From an uncultured Candidatus Entotheonella sp. (GTDB lineage Bacteria > Tectomicrobia > Entotheonellia > Entotheonellales > Entotheonellaceae): DNA of 64,000 nucleotides. A program made the position numbers and the translations under genes. The notes under the pieces are model-generated. The model was not told where the DNA came from. It saw nothing but the letters and a program-made list of their open reading frames with translations, and did not search any database. Numbering within the stretch: position 1 is the first letter of the stretch; every line of letters begins with the position of its first letter. This document shows, in pieces, positions 11,403 to 21,343 of this stretch. The stretch lies in contig OZ244252.1 in the NCBI GenBank assembly GCA_965217185.1, positions 1,056,001 through 1,120,000 of the forward strand, read 5' to 3'.

Positions 11403-12622
11403 CGCCTCGCCTTCTCGCCTTCGTGCGCCTGCTGCGCGATCAGGGGCTGCGCGTTTCCGTAGCCGAGGGCCTCGAAGCCCTGCAAAGCATTGGCCACGTC
11501 GGCCTGGACGACCGCGAATTGCTGCGCCTCAGCCTGCGTACGGTCCTGATCAAGTCGCAGCGCGATTTCGCCCTGTTCGATACCCTGTTCCAACGATTCT
11601 TCACCGTGCCGCGGCGGCGCAAGCGGCGGCGGTCGAAACACCAACACCAGAGCGGCAACGAGGCGGGCAAACGGCCAACGCCGCACGCACGCCACAATGG
11701 CGGTTCGCCGACCTCCCCGCTATCGCTGCGTGCCCTGCACCACAGCAAGGGGCAGCTGTCCACGGATCCTATCCAGGCGCAGGCGCAGGAGAGACTGGAC
11801 GCCCTGGAGCGGGCTTGGCAACAGCAGCTGAAGGCGCCGCTGGGTCCCGTGGTGATGCAGCCTGAAAAACCCGGCATGCAGGCGCTCCATACGCGGATCG
11901 ATCGCCCGTTTCCGCCGGACCGCCTGGAAGATATGTATCATCAGGTCGAGCGCCTCGCCGTTCAACTACTGACCCGCCGCGCCCTGCGTTATCGTCGTGC
12001 CCGGCATGGGCGGGTCGACCTGCGGGGCACCGTGCTGCGGGGTCTGCGCAGCGGCACCGAAATTCCCTTCACCCTGGTTCGCCGACGCCGCAAGCAAACC
12101 AAGCTGCGGCTCATGGTGCTGTGCGACGTGTCCGGCTCGGTGTGGCAGGTCTCCACGTTTTTGTTGAAGCTCGTGCACACCCTGCAGGCCGAGTTCAACC
12201 AGGTGCGCAGCTTGGTGTTCGTCAACAGCATCGTCGAGGTGACGGAGCTGTTCCGCCGCATGCGATTTCCCCAGGACCTCAAGACCCTGCGCCAGTACCC
12301 GAACCTCAACCTCTTCGGATTCAGCGACTTCGGGCGCGCCTTTTATCAGTTCTACCGCGATTACCTCGATGAATTGACGCGCGAGACGGTGGTGGTCATT
12401 CTGGGCGATGCGCGCAACAATGCCTTTGACGCGCAATTCTGGACCCTGGAGGAAATTCGTCAGCGCAGCCGCCGGATCTTGTGGCTCAACCCGGAGCCGC
12501 GCCGCGAGTGGGATACGGGGGATTCGATCATTGGGGTGTACGCGCCGTTCTGCGACGACGTCTTGGAGTGCTGGACGTTGGAACATCTGGAACAGGCGGC
12601 GAATCGGCTGTTGCAGGGGTAA
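11399..12622 (+). CDS. VWA domain protein (CoxE-like)
   Basis: CDVSGSV MIDAS motif, ILGDARNN, WLNPEP; coupled to the MoxR gene. Confidence 0.9.
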   Translation: MTPRLLAFVRLLRDQGLRVSVAEGLEALQSIGHVGLDDRELLRLSLRTVLIKSQRDFALFDTLFQRFFTVPRRRKRRRSKHQHQSGNEAGKRPTPHARHNGGSPTSPLSLRALHHSKGQLSTDPIQAQAQERLDALERAWQQQLKAPLGPVVMQPEKPGMQALHTRIDRPFPPDRLEDMYHQVERLAVQLLTRRALRYRRARHGRVDLRGTVLRGLRSGTEIPFTLVRRRRKQTKLRLMVLCDVSGSVWQVSTFLLKLVHTLQAEFNQVRSLVFVNSIVEVTELFRRMRFPQDLKTLRQYPNLNLFGFSDFGRAFYQFYRDYLDELTRETVVVILGDARNNAFDAQFWTLEEIRQRSRRILWLNPEPRREWDTGDSIIGVYAPFCDDVLECWTLEHLEQAANRLLQG

Positions 12623-12725
12623 GCGTCGCAAACCCGACGCCGATGGTGAGGCAGAGCCGGGCGCGGCTTAACTGCGCGAGCACATATCGACGCCCTGTAA
12701 GGAAGCTTGCCATTTGGTACTTTGA

Positions 12726-13358
12726 TCATGCCTTGTCCATTACTCCAAGGGCTTCTCTGAACAGTTTGACAACAAAGTGGCGAGGTATTCTTCCGACTAC
12801 AACTACATCTTTATATTCTTCTGGTAGTCGAGGAAGAGAATTGTAGTCAATGTTCAAAATCAATTTGAAAAATGGATCATATGTATCAACAACTCCTCGA
12901 ATAAATTCGTCATCAAAGAACAGGGCATTTTTATGAAGGGAGGAATTTATTTCCAGAAAATATTCACAGAACTTTTTTCCATTTTCTTTCATTATTTTTA
13001 ATGCATCCTCGGTAGGATAAGGAAGATTCAGAGCTTTTCCTTTGACTTCATCTATGTCTGTTATTGTCCACCAGCCTAAGAAAAATGTTTGCAACGAATA
13101 TTCAGCATCAACGGCACGGTGATGCATAGACTCTATCAAATCAACTCTCTTCCTATGCAGGTAGTTCTCGTGAATGTTGAGGCGAGCAAGGTCTCTGGAG
13201 AACTCAGCTCGAATGGTTTCGATTTGAATCGTATTCTGATGCTCGTAATCGCTCCTAAGCAACTGAATCTGATAAGAGAACCAGGAGCGTAAGAGATAAC
13301 CCGCCACTGCTACGACGGCTGTAGTTGTTCCCAATTGGGTCAGAAGATTCTCAATCAT
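12726..13358 (-). CDS. Hypothetical AT-rich protein, N-terminal TM plus coiled coil
   Basis: Long ORF in an AT-rich tract; GGAGAG RBS before ATG 13358. Confidence 0.7.
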   Translation of the reverse strand: MIENLLTQLGTTTAVVAVAGYLLRSWFSYQIQLLRSDYEHQNTIQIETIRAEFSRDLARLNIHENYLHRKRVDLIESMHHRAVDAEYSLQTFFLGWWTITDIDEVKGKALNLPYPTEDALKIMKENGKKFCEYFLEINSSLHKNALFFDDEFIRGVVDTYDPFFKLILNIDYNSLPRLPEEYKDVVVVGRIPRHFVVKLFREALGVMDKA

Positions 13359-13608
13359 TATTGTTCTCTCCAAGCACTGTACACGACAAAATTATATGGG
13401 GTAGAGCGAATGGGGCAGCGCTTCGGGCGATGTGACCGCCTTCCAGAGTAGGCTCAGGACCTGCTCAAAGCTGCTCCCACTTGTCTGTCGCATTAAGGAC
13501 AGCTTGGCGAATGCTGTCAAATCCATGTGGTGCAACAGCGGTGTATTCCGCGACGAAGTCACGATGCACACGCCCTCCGATAGATCGTGATTATGGATTC
13601 TTTCGACA

Positions 13609-15096
13609 GAGCCACTTGCAAAACCCTAACGGAACGTCGAGAGCGAAGTATTCGGATTTGATATTTGGGGATGTTTCGGCATCGGATACGTCGTCAGGGC
13701 ATCTGCAGCACTTCTCAGCGGCCACAATCCAGCGACAATGAGGTTTCCTTGACGGTATATGAGCAAACCTGTCCGGTGTGGCCCTGCCGAGACAGGACGC
13801 CTGCAAGAGGTGAGGGGTGGAAGCAAGTCGGTTTCAGTTCAACAGGCGCATCAACTGCGACACCGCCAGCGCCACCATGCCGAACATCAGGTGGCACAGC
13901 ACCTTGGCGTGACCTCGCACGCGGACTTGGCGAGCGCCGAACTCGTCCTTGAGACGACCCTTGACACGCTCGACGGTGCTGCGCTCACGGTAGCGTAACT
14001 GCTCGGCGTACACGTGGCCGACGGTACGCTGCGCCCGCGCCGCGGTCTTGCGTTCCAGCTTACGCGAAGCACTGCGGGGATTGGCGTCGATGATTGCAAC
14101 ATGCCCCAGCGACTCACTGTGCGCTCTGATCTCGGGCGCGTCATAAGCCGAGTCCATCAGGTCATAGAGGTTGGTGACTCGTGCGGCCGTCAGGGTCGCC
14201 AGGGGAATCGCCACTTGGCTGTCATGCAACGAGGCCGAGGTCAGGATGCAACTGAGTGGAACGCCGCCATCGGCTGCGTCGATATGCAACTTGTAGCCGT
14301 TCCATGATTCCTGATGTCCCTTGGCGTCCCGCTTGACGCCAACATCACAGGTGCGTGGCAGGTCGGCGAGCATCTCCGGCAGGATCATGTTGGACTGGCG
14401 CGCCAGCCTTCGGGGCGCCTTGTCCAGTCGTTGTTCAGCCTTGCGCGGTCGCCCGCGGCGGCGTTTCGGCGTAGCCGCTTGGTGCGGCTTCGGGGCTGGC
14501 TTCTCGCGCCCCAAGATCGCCGTCGAATCGCGTGAGACGTGGCCGACCAGATGATCGCGCAAGGTCTTGTCGATCAGCGCCTCGTGCAGGCGGCTTGGCA
14601 AGGCGCTGTCAGCGAAGTCGCTGAAGGCCCGCGACAAGGTCGCCGCGCTGGGGACCGCCGCGCCCTGGCTCCAGCCGCACAGGCGACGCAGCGGCCGGTC
14701 GATGACAAGGCGCTCAACGAGCGCGCGGGTGGTCGAGATGGCGAACACCGCCTTGGCGCTAAAGGCTCGTGCCAGCGCCGCACGATCCGCCTGCGGGCGC
14801 CCCGGCAAGCCACGCCAGCACGTTCAGGAATGGCTCAACCGGTACGAACCCGAGTACCGTGACGAATAACTCGTAGCGCTCGCCCAAGGGACCGAGTTCT
14901 TCTTCGAGCGTGGGGAAAAGCTCTCGTTGCAAGGCGAAGCCGTAATTCGATAGGATCGTACGCAGGGACATGGCCGTTTTCTCCTTCACGTGGTGGTCGC
15001 ACAATACATGACATGAAGCAAAGACAGCCTGTCCCGTTCAAGTCAACCTCTTACCCTCAATAATTCCCGACGACTCCACAGTTTTGCAAAAGGCTC
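13609..15096 (-). mobile_element. IS element (IS5/IS4-like DDE), 1488 bp
   Basis: Terminal IRs GAGCCACTTGCAAAAC / GAGCCTTTTGCAAAAC; 4-bp TSD GACA (13605-13608, 15097-15100). Confidence 0.9.
13834..14971 (-). pseudogene. DDE transposase, frameshifted near 14820
   Basis: N-terminal part MSLRTILS...EPFLN and C-terminal part GRPQADRAALARAF...RDST..GYKLH..MDSAYD..ERVKGRLKD are in different frames. Confidence 0.85.
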
Positions 15097-16066
15097 GACA
15101 GATTGATTTTCTCAGCAATCCATTCTGCGGCTGCAGATTGAGTCATCGGTCCATCCTGACACAGTGCTTCCATCGCAAAGTATATGCAACCGTCCCGCGT
15201 ATGGTACTTACGCGTCCGATTACCGGGTTTCCGTGGGGGTGCTGTACGTTCGTCTTTCAGTACATCAACAAGCCATGCACATAAGTACGGGTCGTCAATT
15301 ACGCTGCGCCGAATCGAGTGGCTACTCGCGCTTAATGCCTCCGCTATAATCCGCCTTATGGCGTCCCAATAATCGCGATCCGTTTCCGAACGCTCCACGT
15401 AGTACCGCGCCATGTCAACGCTCATTTTGTGGATTCCCTCGTCTCCTGCTTCGAGGTCAATTAACCGGAATACCTTCCACTCTCTCCAATAGGCCGGCTT
15501 CTTCTTCGTATATAGGCGATTCCACTTCCAGAATTCGTAGAGATCATCGGCCCTCGTGGTCGTTTCATGGGGATTGTCGATGTGGTCACTGTCCAGATGT
15601 TCTGCTGCACGCCTTTTCGTCTCGGATTCCGACAGGACTGCCATTGCTGCGACCTCCTTACACTTGAACATTGCTGCCAAGCTCAGTTCTCAAGCTTGGC
15701 TGTCTCACACTTCATTATCAATATCACACGGCCCTCTAACGCTGTCGATATGAACTTTCGAGACGCAAATTCTACCCCCCTTACGGGTCTTCCGACGGAG
15801 CTTCCGCAATTCGGCCGATACCTCCTATTTAAGGGGATCATTTACTTGACTAACCTCCCCCTCTTGTTGCACTCTCGCTTTCAGCGAACATCTACCTGGG
15901 TATCCCGATTGTCGGGCTGCCCACTCAATACAACAGCCGACAAACGGTGAAGGGTCGCTCCCTTTGCTGGGTGAATAGGTGGGGACTTCCTTGTACCCAG
16001 GGGATGTTCGCAACGGCCCGGCGCCAATCCGGGCGCCGGGGAACACCCTACCGAGAGGGGAATCCC

Positions 16067-17187
16067 ATGCGTCGAATCACCCACAGAACACCCCAATTAC
16101 TGACCATCTTGCTTCTGGCTTTAATGCTCGCCGCCTGTGGTGGTGGCGGCGATAGCATCAGCGGACCACAGCGCGATTTGGAATCCATCGTTGATTTGGA
16201 AGCCGAAAGGGAGTCTCGCCGGCTGGAGGAGGAGCAGGAACAATCCCGGATCGAGGCGGCGGAAGCCGAAAGACTGGAACTCGAAGCGCAGGCCACAGAA
16301 GCTAACGAGTCGACGTCTGGACCGAAAACCGAGGCTGAGTCAGACACCGAGAGAGAAGAAGTGCCGAACCCTTACAACATCCCATCGGAATGGGTTTGGC
16401 ATGATGGGCGATTCATTCCTTTGGAGGACGTCCCTGTTCAGGAAGAAGAACCTGTAGCGCCGGCGTCAAGCGTCTATCTCGCGTGGGATTACCACAGTGT
16501 CCCGAACCTGCACGACTTGGGAGATTGGGCAAGCGAGTCGCCTTTACACGTGAATCTTGGCCATGCAGAGTTTGGGGTCAACATGCGTGACGGCGAATAC
16601 ATCCCTTGGATGCGCGGAGACCTGCCTGAAACCAGTCTGTATGCCAACCGATGAAGTCCGAACGAACCTACGACGAATACGGCTACTGGACTGCCGAATA
16701 CAGTGATCTGAGATGGGAGGGCGTTCTTGTTGGCTTCACGCCTGATGGGGAATCAGTCGCGGGGAAGGCTACCCTCAGCGACTTTGATTTCGGCGGGCGT
16801 CGTCACCGCGGAAAAGGCCCGAATGGACCCAAGCATTGGGACCCAGGCAAGGCATACCTCACCTTCACCGAACTGGCATACGACAATGGCGGAATATGGA
16901 GGGATGGAGACCTGGAGTATGAAGTCGGAATTGGCGTGACATTCGGAGATAATACTACCGTCCTCAACCACAGCTTCAGTCATCCTTTCAGAAGGTTCGA
17001 TTGCGGCAGGAGTCCTACGGGATGCAGGAGTGACTCATTTCTCAATGGTGCGGGCGTGAGACCAGAAGGGTATAGCACGACCGATGCTGGTGAGGTGCGC
17101 GGCATGTTCTTCGGGCCGAAACACGAGGCAATGGCCGGCACACTGGAGCGAGACGACCTGACCGCGGCTTTTGGTGGGAAGCGATAG
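16067..17187 (+). pseudogene. Surface lipoprotein with TbpB-like C-terminal barrel, split at about 16650
   Basis: Lipobox LAAC-GGGG; second ORF ends GEVRGMFFGPKHEAMAGTLERDDLTAAFGGKR; one extra base at AACCGATG would join the two frames. Confidence 0.65.
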
Positions 17188-17233
17188 AATCGACAAGTCT
17201 GCTGGCTATCGCATAGGCTAGCCAACGGCTTCG

Positions 17234-17259
17234 GCAAGGGACTTAATTGAGTCCCTTGC
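17234..17259. terminator. Hairpin downstream of the lipoprotein gene
   Basis: GCAAGGGACT-taattg-AGTCCCTTGC perfect 10-bp stem; weak U-tract. Confidence 0.55.
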
Positions 17260-17374
17260 TTCACCCCATGAGGGAGAGAGACAGCCTGAGGCACCGGACA
17301 ATGCCGCAATCATCAACGGCCCAAAAGAGGCGCAGGCAACGCATGAAGATACCGCCAAGTAAGGAGGCAGGGAC

Positions 17375-17575
17375 GTGAGCGCAGAATTCTGGGCGATTCT
17401 TGGTGTTGGTGTGGCTATTATCAGCTTGAACTGGCGCATGTATGAAGGACTGCGCCGGGGAATTGGCGACATCCGTGGTGAGATTGCGGGCTTGCGCGAA
17501 CGCATGGCGCGGGTTGAAGGAATGCTCGAAGCGATGCGCGACTTCCTGATTGGCGAGCAAATCGCACCATCCTAA
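17375..17575 (+). CDS. Small TM plus coiled-coil protein
   Basis: AAGGAGG RBS; hydrophobic N-terminus followed by heptads (LRERMARVEGML). Confidence 0.75.
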   Translation: MSAEFWAILGVGVAIISLNWRMYEGLRRGIGDIRGEIAGLRERMARVEGMLEAMRDFLIGEQIAPS

Positions 17576-17622
17576 GCGATCAAATCCTTTCCGATCGGTG
17601 CCTCGGTTTCACACCCCGCACC

Positions 17623-20493
17623 TCAACGAACGTCGCGCTGCGCCTCGCGGTCGTCTTCCTCGGAAGCCTTGGGTGTGGCGATCACTAGCGCGAACCGTTC
17701 CGGTACGACAACCTTCCTGACCTCTGCGGCGATGTCGGCCTTTGAATACGCCATCAGCTTGTCGACCAAGCCAACAACATCCTCCAGGCGCGTGTCGTGA
17801 TACTCCATATCGGCCAGGATATACACCCAGAAACGAGGCCCCTTCAGCATCGTTTCCAGGCTGTTGCGCAACTGTGTGCGAACCGTTTCGACCTCTTCAT
17901 CGGTCGGGCCCTCGGCAGCGAATTCCTCAACTGTCTTCTTCGCCACCGCCACGGCTTCGGTCACCTTGTCCGGATCGGCGGTGAAATCCACGTACAGCGC
18001 ACTCATGTCCGGGTAGACCCGGCTGGGATGCACGTACGTCTCGGCGGAATACGTCAGGCCGCGGTCTTCGCGGATTTCCTTGCGGATGCGGCGTTCCAGA
18101 ATGCGAGCGACCATAAACATGAGGCGGCGGCCGCGCACCTCGCGCCAGGGGGCGGAGCGCCACATCAGGATGGGGTGGGCGCGTGGGGTAATGGTTTCGA
18201 CCTCGATTGTCTGCGTGACCGGCCCCGTGAAGCCGGCCACCTTTCGTAGCGGGTCCAAGCCGGGGTCGTGGTGCTGACGCGGCGGCAGCGAGCCCAGGTA
18301 GGTGGCGGCGAGTTGGATCGCCCGTTCCTCGGGGATATCGCCGACGATGGCGATTTCCATCGGCGCCGAACGCAGGAGGGTGTCAAGCCAAGCTTGCGCC
18401 TCCGGAATGGCCGCCGCGCGTGCGGCGATTTGCTCCGCCGTCAGCCTGGCCTGCCGCGGATCGTTGCCGCTCAAGACCAGTCGGGCCGCCTCGTAGCTGC
18501 GGGCGCCAATGTCTGTGCGTTCCGAGGCCAGAGTTTGCAATTCCTGATTCTTCCAGAGTTCCACCAGCGTCGGCTCGATTTTGGCGTCGCGCATCAGAAG
18601 GTGAACCAGCCGCAAGCCGTCTTCCAAAGCCTCTGGTGTGCCCGACACGGAAAGGGTGACCGAGTCGGCGTCAGCTTGGCCCTGCACCTGCACCTGCTTG
18701 CCGGTCATCAGGTCGCGGATGTCGGTGGACGAGAGCTGCGAAGTGGCGGGTTTCGTCAGCGGCTGCGTGGCCACCGCGGTGATACCGCGCTGCGCGGCAC
18801 TCTCGCGGATGCGACCGCCGGCGAGCGTCACCGTCACCGAAACGTGATCCTTCTTGAAATCCATGAATCGGTAGTGCAACCGGGCCTGATTGGCGAACGT
18901 CACGTGCGTTACGGCCAACGGCTCGAAGTGCGTGCGTTCGATGATGTCGCCCGGCTGGGGGTCCTGCGCCAACAGCGAAGTTGGGCGTTCTTTGCTCTGC
19001 CAGGCTGCCACCGGCTGCGCTAAGGCATCCTGGACGACCTTCAGCACGTCTTCGCTACTGGGCACGGGCACGTCCGACTGCTCGGGCAGGATCAGAATGT
19101 GCACCCCCTCGTTCGCTTTGAAGCGCGCCGCAAAGGTCGCGGCGACTTCTTCGGCGGTGATGGTGGGCAGCACGTCCTTCACCAAGGCCGCGGCTTGGGA
19201 GGCCGACCTCGGCAGTTCGCCGCGCGTCAAGGCGCGGTTCATGCCGCCGAGGAAGGCGTGCGCGTCGCGCGTGGCCTCGGTTTGCGCGGCGTGCTCCGCC
19301 TCCGCCTGCAGCGCACGCTTCGCGGTGTCCAGTTCGTCGGGCGAAAAGCCGTGGTGGCGCGCCGTCTGGACGTCCTGTATCAGGGCCTGAAAGGCGTCGC
19401 TCCAGTTTTCGGGCGCCGCTTCTGCTCCCGCAACTGCCTGCCGGGCCACACCGAAGAACCGGGAGATGTACGTGCCCGCATCCTGATAGGGCACGTCGCC
19501 TTCCTGTACGCGTTGCTCCATGCGCCGGTTGATGATCCAGGTACCCACCTGCTCAACCAGGTGTCGCCGGTAATCGCCGACCGTCTGGCGCGGTGCGTAG
19601 GGCATGACAGCCAGCGTTTCCAGCCGGGCGATCGTCAGCTCGGGATCGGTCAGGACCACGGCGCGCGGTCCCTCGTAGGGCTGCATGCCCGCTTCCAGGT
19701 CCTGCGGTGCCGGGTCCTGGCGTTGCCAGCCGTCGAAATGGCGTTTGATGGCGGACACCATGGTGTCAACCGGAGCGTCCCCGACTGCCAAGAGGGTCGC
19801 CTTGCCGGGGTGATACCAGGTCGAGTAATAATCCAGCATGTCCTCGCGCTGGATGGCGTTGAGCGTTTCATCCAGACCGATGGGTAGGCGCCGCGCCACG
19901 CGCGAACCCGGCAAGACAGCCGGCAGGAATTGTTCCATGAGCCGCTGATGCGTGCCCTTCCTCGCCCGTTTTTCCTCCAGAATGACGCCTCTTTCCTTGT
20001 CGATCTCCTCAGACGTTAGAAGCATGCGGAAGGCCACGTCGGAGAGATACAAGAGCCCTTTGTCGATGGTCTCAGGCTTGGTGTCCGGCAGGGTCAGGAT
20101 GTAGGTCGTCTGATCGAGGCTCGTGAAAGCGTTTTGGTGCTGACCAAATCGTAGCCCGATGGATTCGAAGTAGGGCAATAACTCGCCAGGCGGGAAATTT
20201 TCCGAGCCGTTGAACGCCATGTGCTCCAGGAAATGTGCCATCCCTTCCTGCCCGTCCTTCTCGTTCAGCGATCCCGTCGAGACGTGCAACCAGAACGATA
20301 TCTTCCCTGGCGGCGTCGCGTGCGACCGCACCCAGTACGCCATCCCGTTGTCCAGGCTTCCCCGCTGCACCGCAGGATCCACCGGCAAAGGAGCACTCAG
20401 GTCCAATTCCGCCGCTGTCCCGACGGACAGCAGCAAACCGAACAACACCACACCACCCAACAGGACCCGCAGCCAAGGAAGGGCAACTCTCAT
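17623..20493 (-). CDS. M16 family zinc peptidase (PqqL-like), secreted
   Basis: AHFLEHMAFNG inverted HxxEH motif; signal peptide from ATG 20493. Confidence 0.93.
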   Translation of the reverse strand: MRVALPWLRVLLGGVVLFGLLLSVGTAAELDLSAPLPVDPAVQRGSLDNGMAYWVRSHATPPGKISFWLHVSTGSLNEKDGQEGMAHFLEHMAFNGSENFPPGELLPYFESIGLRFGQHQNAFTSLDQTTYILTLPDTKPETIDKGLLYLSDVAFRMLLTSEEIDKERGVILEEKRARKGTHQRLMEQFLPAVLPGSRVARRLPIGLDETLNAIQREDMLDYYSTWYHPGKATLLAVGDAPVDTMVSAIKRHFDGWQRQDPAPQDLEAGMQPYEGPRAVVLTDPELTIARLETLAVMPYAPRQTVGDYRRHLVEQVGTWIINRRMEQRVQEGDVPYQDAGTYISRFFGVARQAVAGAEAAPENWSDAFQALIQDVQTARHHGFSPDELDTAKRALQAEAEHAAQTEATRDAHAFLGGMNRALTRGELPRSASQAAALVKDVLPTITAEEVAATFAARFKANEGVHILILPEQSDVPVPSSEDVLKVVQDALAQPVAAWQSKERPTSLLAQDPQPGDIIERTHFEPLAVTHVTFANQARLHYRFMDFKKDHVSVTVTLAGGRIRESAAQRGITAVATQPLTKPATSQLSSTDIRDLMTGKQVQVQGQADADSVTLSVSGTPEALEDGLRLVHLLMRDAKIEPTLVELWKNQELQTLASERTDIGARSYEAARLVLSGNDPRQARLTAEQIAARAAAIPEAQAWLDTLLRSAPMEIAIVGDIPEERAIQLAATYLGSLPPRQHHDPGLDPLRKVAGFTGPVTQTIEVETITPRAHPILMWRSAPWREVRGRRLMFMVARILERRIRKEIREDRGLTYSAETYVHPSRVYPDMSALYVDFTADPDKVTEAVAVAKKTVEEFAAEGPTDEEVETVRTQLRNSLETMLKGPRFWVYILADMEYHDTRLEDVVGLVDKLMAYSKADIAAEVRKVVVPERFALVIATPKASEEDDREAQRDVR

Positions 20494-20601
20494 TCGCTGT
20501 TCTCCAAACTTTATCGTGGGGTTGATTGGAACATGCTCGTTCATGCTACAGTCCAAGACATAATGCCGCAACGCAGTAACGCAGAGGTACTTCCGAATCG
20601 A

Positions 20602-20970
20602 TTACGTAATGGACGCGGCCGTGTCACATGGTATGACCTCCTTTTCGATTTTATCGCGCAACACGAGATCGGCCATGTCGAGTTCGTAACGGGTTTGAAG
20701 ATTGAGCCAGAAATCCGGTGTCGTGCCGAAATAACGCCCAAGGCGCAGCGCGGTGTCGATGGTAACACCGCGGCGTCCGAGTATGATGTCGTTCAGCCGA
20801 GGCCGCGGAACCTTGACGGCCTGTGCAAGCCGGTACACGCTGAGCGCCATCGGCTCCAGGAATTCGTCGCGCAGGATTTTCCCCGGATGCACCGGCGCCA
20901 GTCGCCGACCTGAGGTCACGTCTGAGAAATCAATGGCGCGTCGGTCTATGTCTTCACGTCTGATCGTCAT
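20602..20970 (-). CDS. higA: HigA antitoxin
   Basis: PVHPGKIL, HTH, FWLNLQTRYEL. Confidence 0.93.
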   Translation of the reverse strand: MTIRREDIDRRAIDFSDVTSGRRLAPVHPGKILRDEFLEPMALSVYRLAQAVKVPRPRLNDIILGRRGVTIDTALRLGRYFGTTPDFWLNLQTRYELDMADLVLRDKIEKEVIPCDTAASIT

Positions 20971-20985
20971 GGTTGTTGCTCCTTC

Positions 20986-21267
20986 TCAATGGTAGTCGGC
21001 GATCTCAACATCCCACGCATCGCCATCCCACCATACGAAACAGATACGCCATCGGTTGTTGACGCGAATGCTGTGCTGTCCTCGACGGTCGCCTCGCAAA
21101 GCCTCAAGACGATTGCGGGGTGGTGGGCGTAAGTCTTCGAGTTGCCCCGCCGCATCAATCGTCAGCAGCTTGGCCCGAACTCGCTGCTGAATGTGCATGT
21201 GCATGCCGCGAACGGCATGGCCGACGAAAATTGCTGCTGTTCGCTTGTTGGCAAAGCTCTTAATCAT
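20986..21267 (-). CDS. higB: HigB (RelE-like) toxin
   Basis: MIKSFANK...NRLEALRGDRRGQHSIRVNNRWRICF...IADYH. Confidence 0.93.
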   Translation of the reverse strand: MIKSFANKRTAAIFVGHAVRGMHMHIQQRVRAKLLTIDAAGQLEDLRPPPRNRLEALRGDRRGQHSIRVNNRWRICFVWWDGDAWDVEIADYH

Positions 21268-21272
21268 GTCGT

Positions 21273-21302
21273 AACGTAACGAATATCGGTACGTAATGTC
21301 AA
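21273..21302 (-). promoter_or_regulatory. higBA promoter with palindromic operator
   Basis: TTGACA-18 nt-TACGTT-5 nt-ATG; palindrome ACGTAACGA-ata-TCGGTACGT (21274-21294) overlaps it. Confidence 0.7.
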
Positions 21303-21309
21303 GCGACAC

Positions 21310-21339
21310 GCAGGTCGGATTAGCACGGCATAATCAGAC
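21310..21339 (+). repeat. GTAG-type REP copy (degenerate)
   Basis: GCAGGTCGGATTAgcacggcaTAATCAGAC, intergenic. Confidence 0.7.
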
Positions 21340-21343
21340 AGCC

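Larger units (their letters stand above)
13559..15644 (-). pseudogene. Hypothetical protein with C-terminal HTH-like motif, interrupted by the IS
   Basis: Removing the IS and one GACA restores ...MTQSAAAEWIAEKINLSKESIITIYRRACAS* (stop at 13559); start uncertain (15644-15680). Confidence 0.7.

Noticed and set aside
12623..13558. Integron cassette around the AT-rich ORF
   Set aside because: No convincing attC (RYYYAAC...GTTRRRY) and no integrase; a weak hairpin near 13412-13478 is unsupported
16652..16654. TGA in the lipoprotein as possible Sec
   Set aside because: Read-through hits another stop within about 20 codons and the continuation is in a different frame
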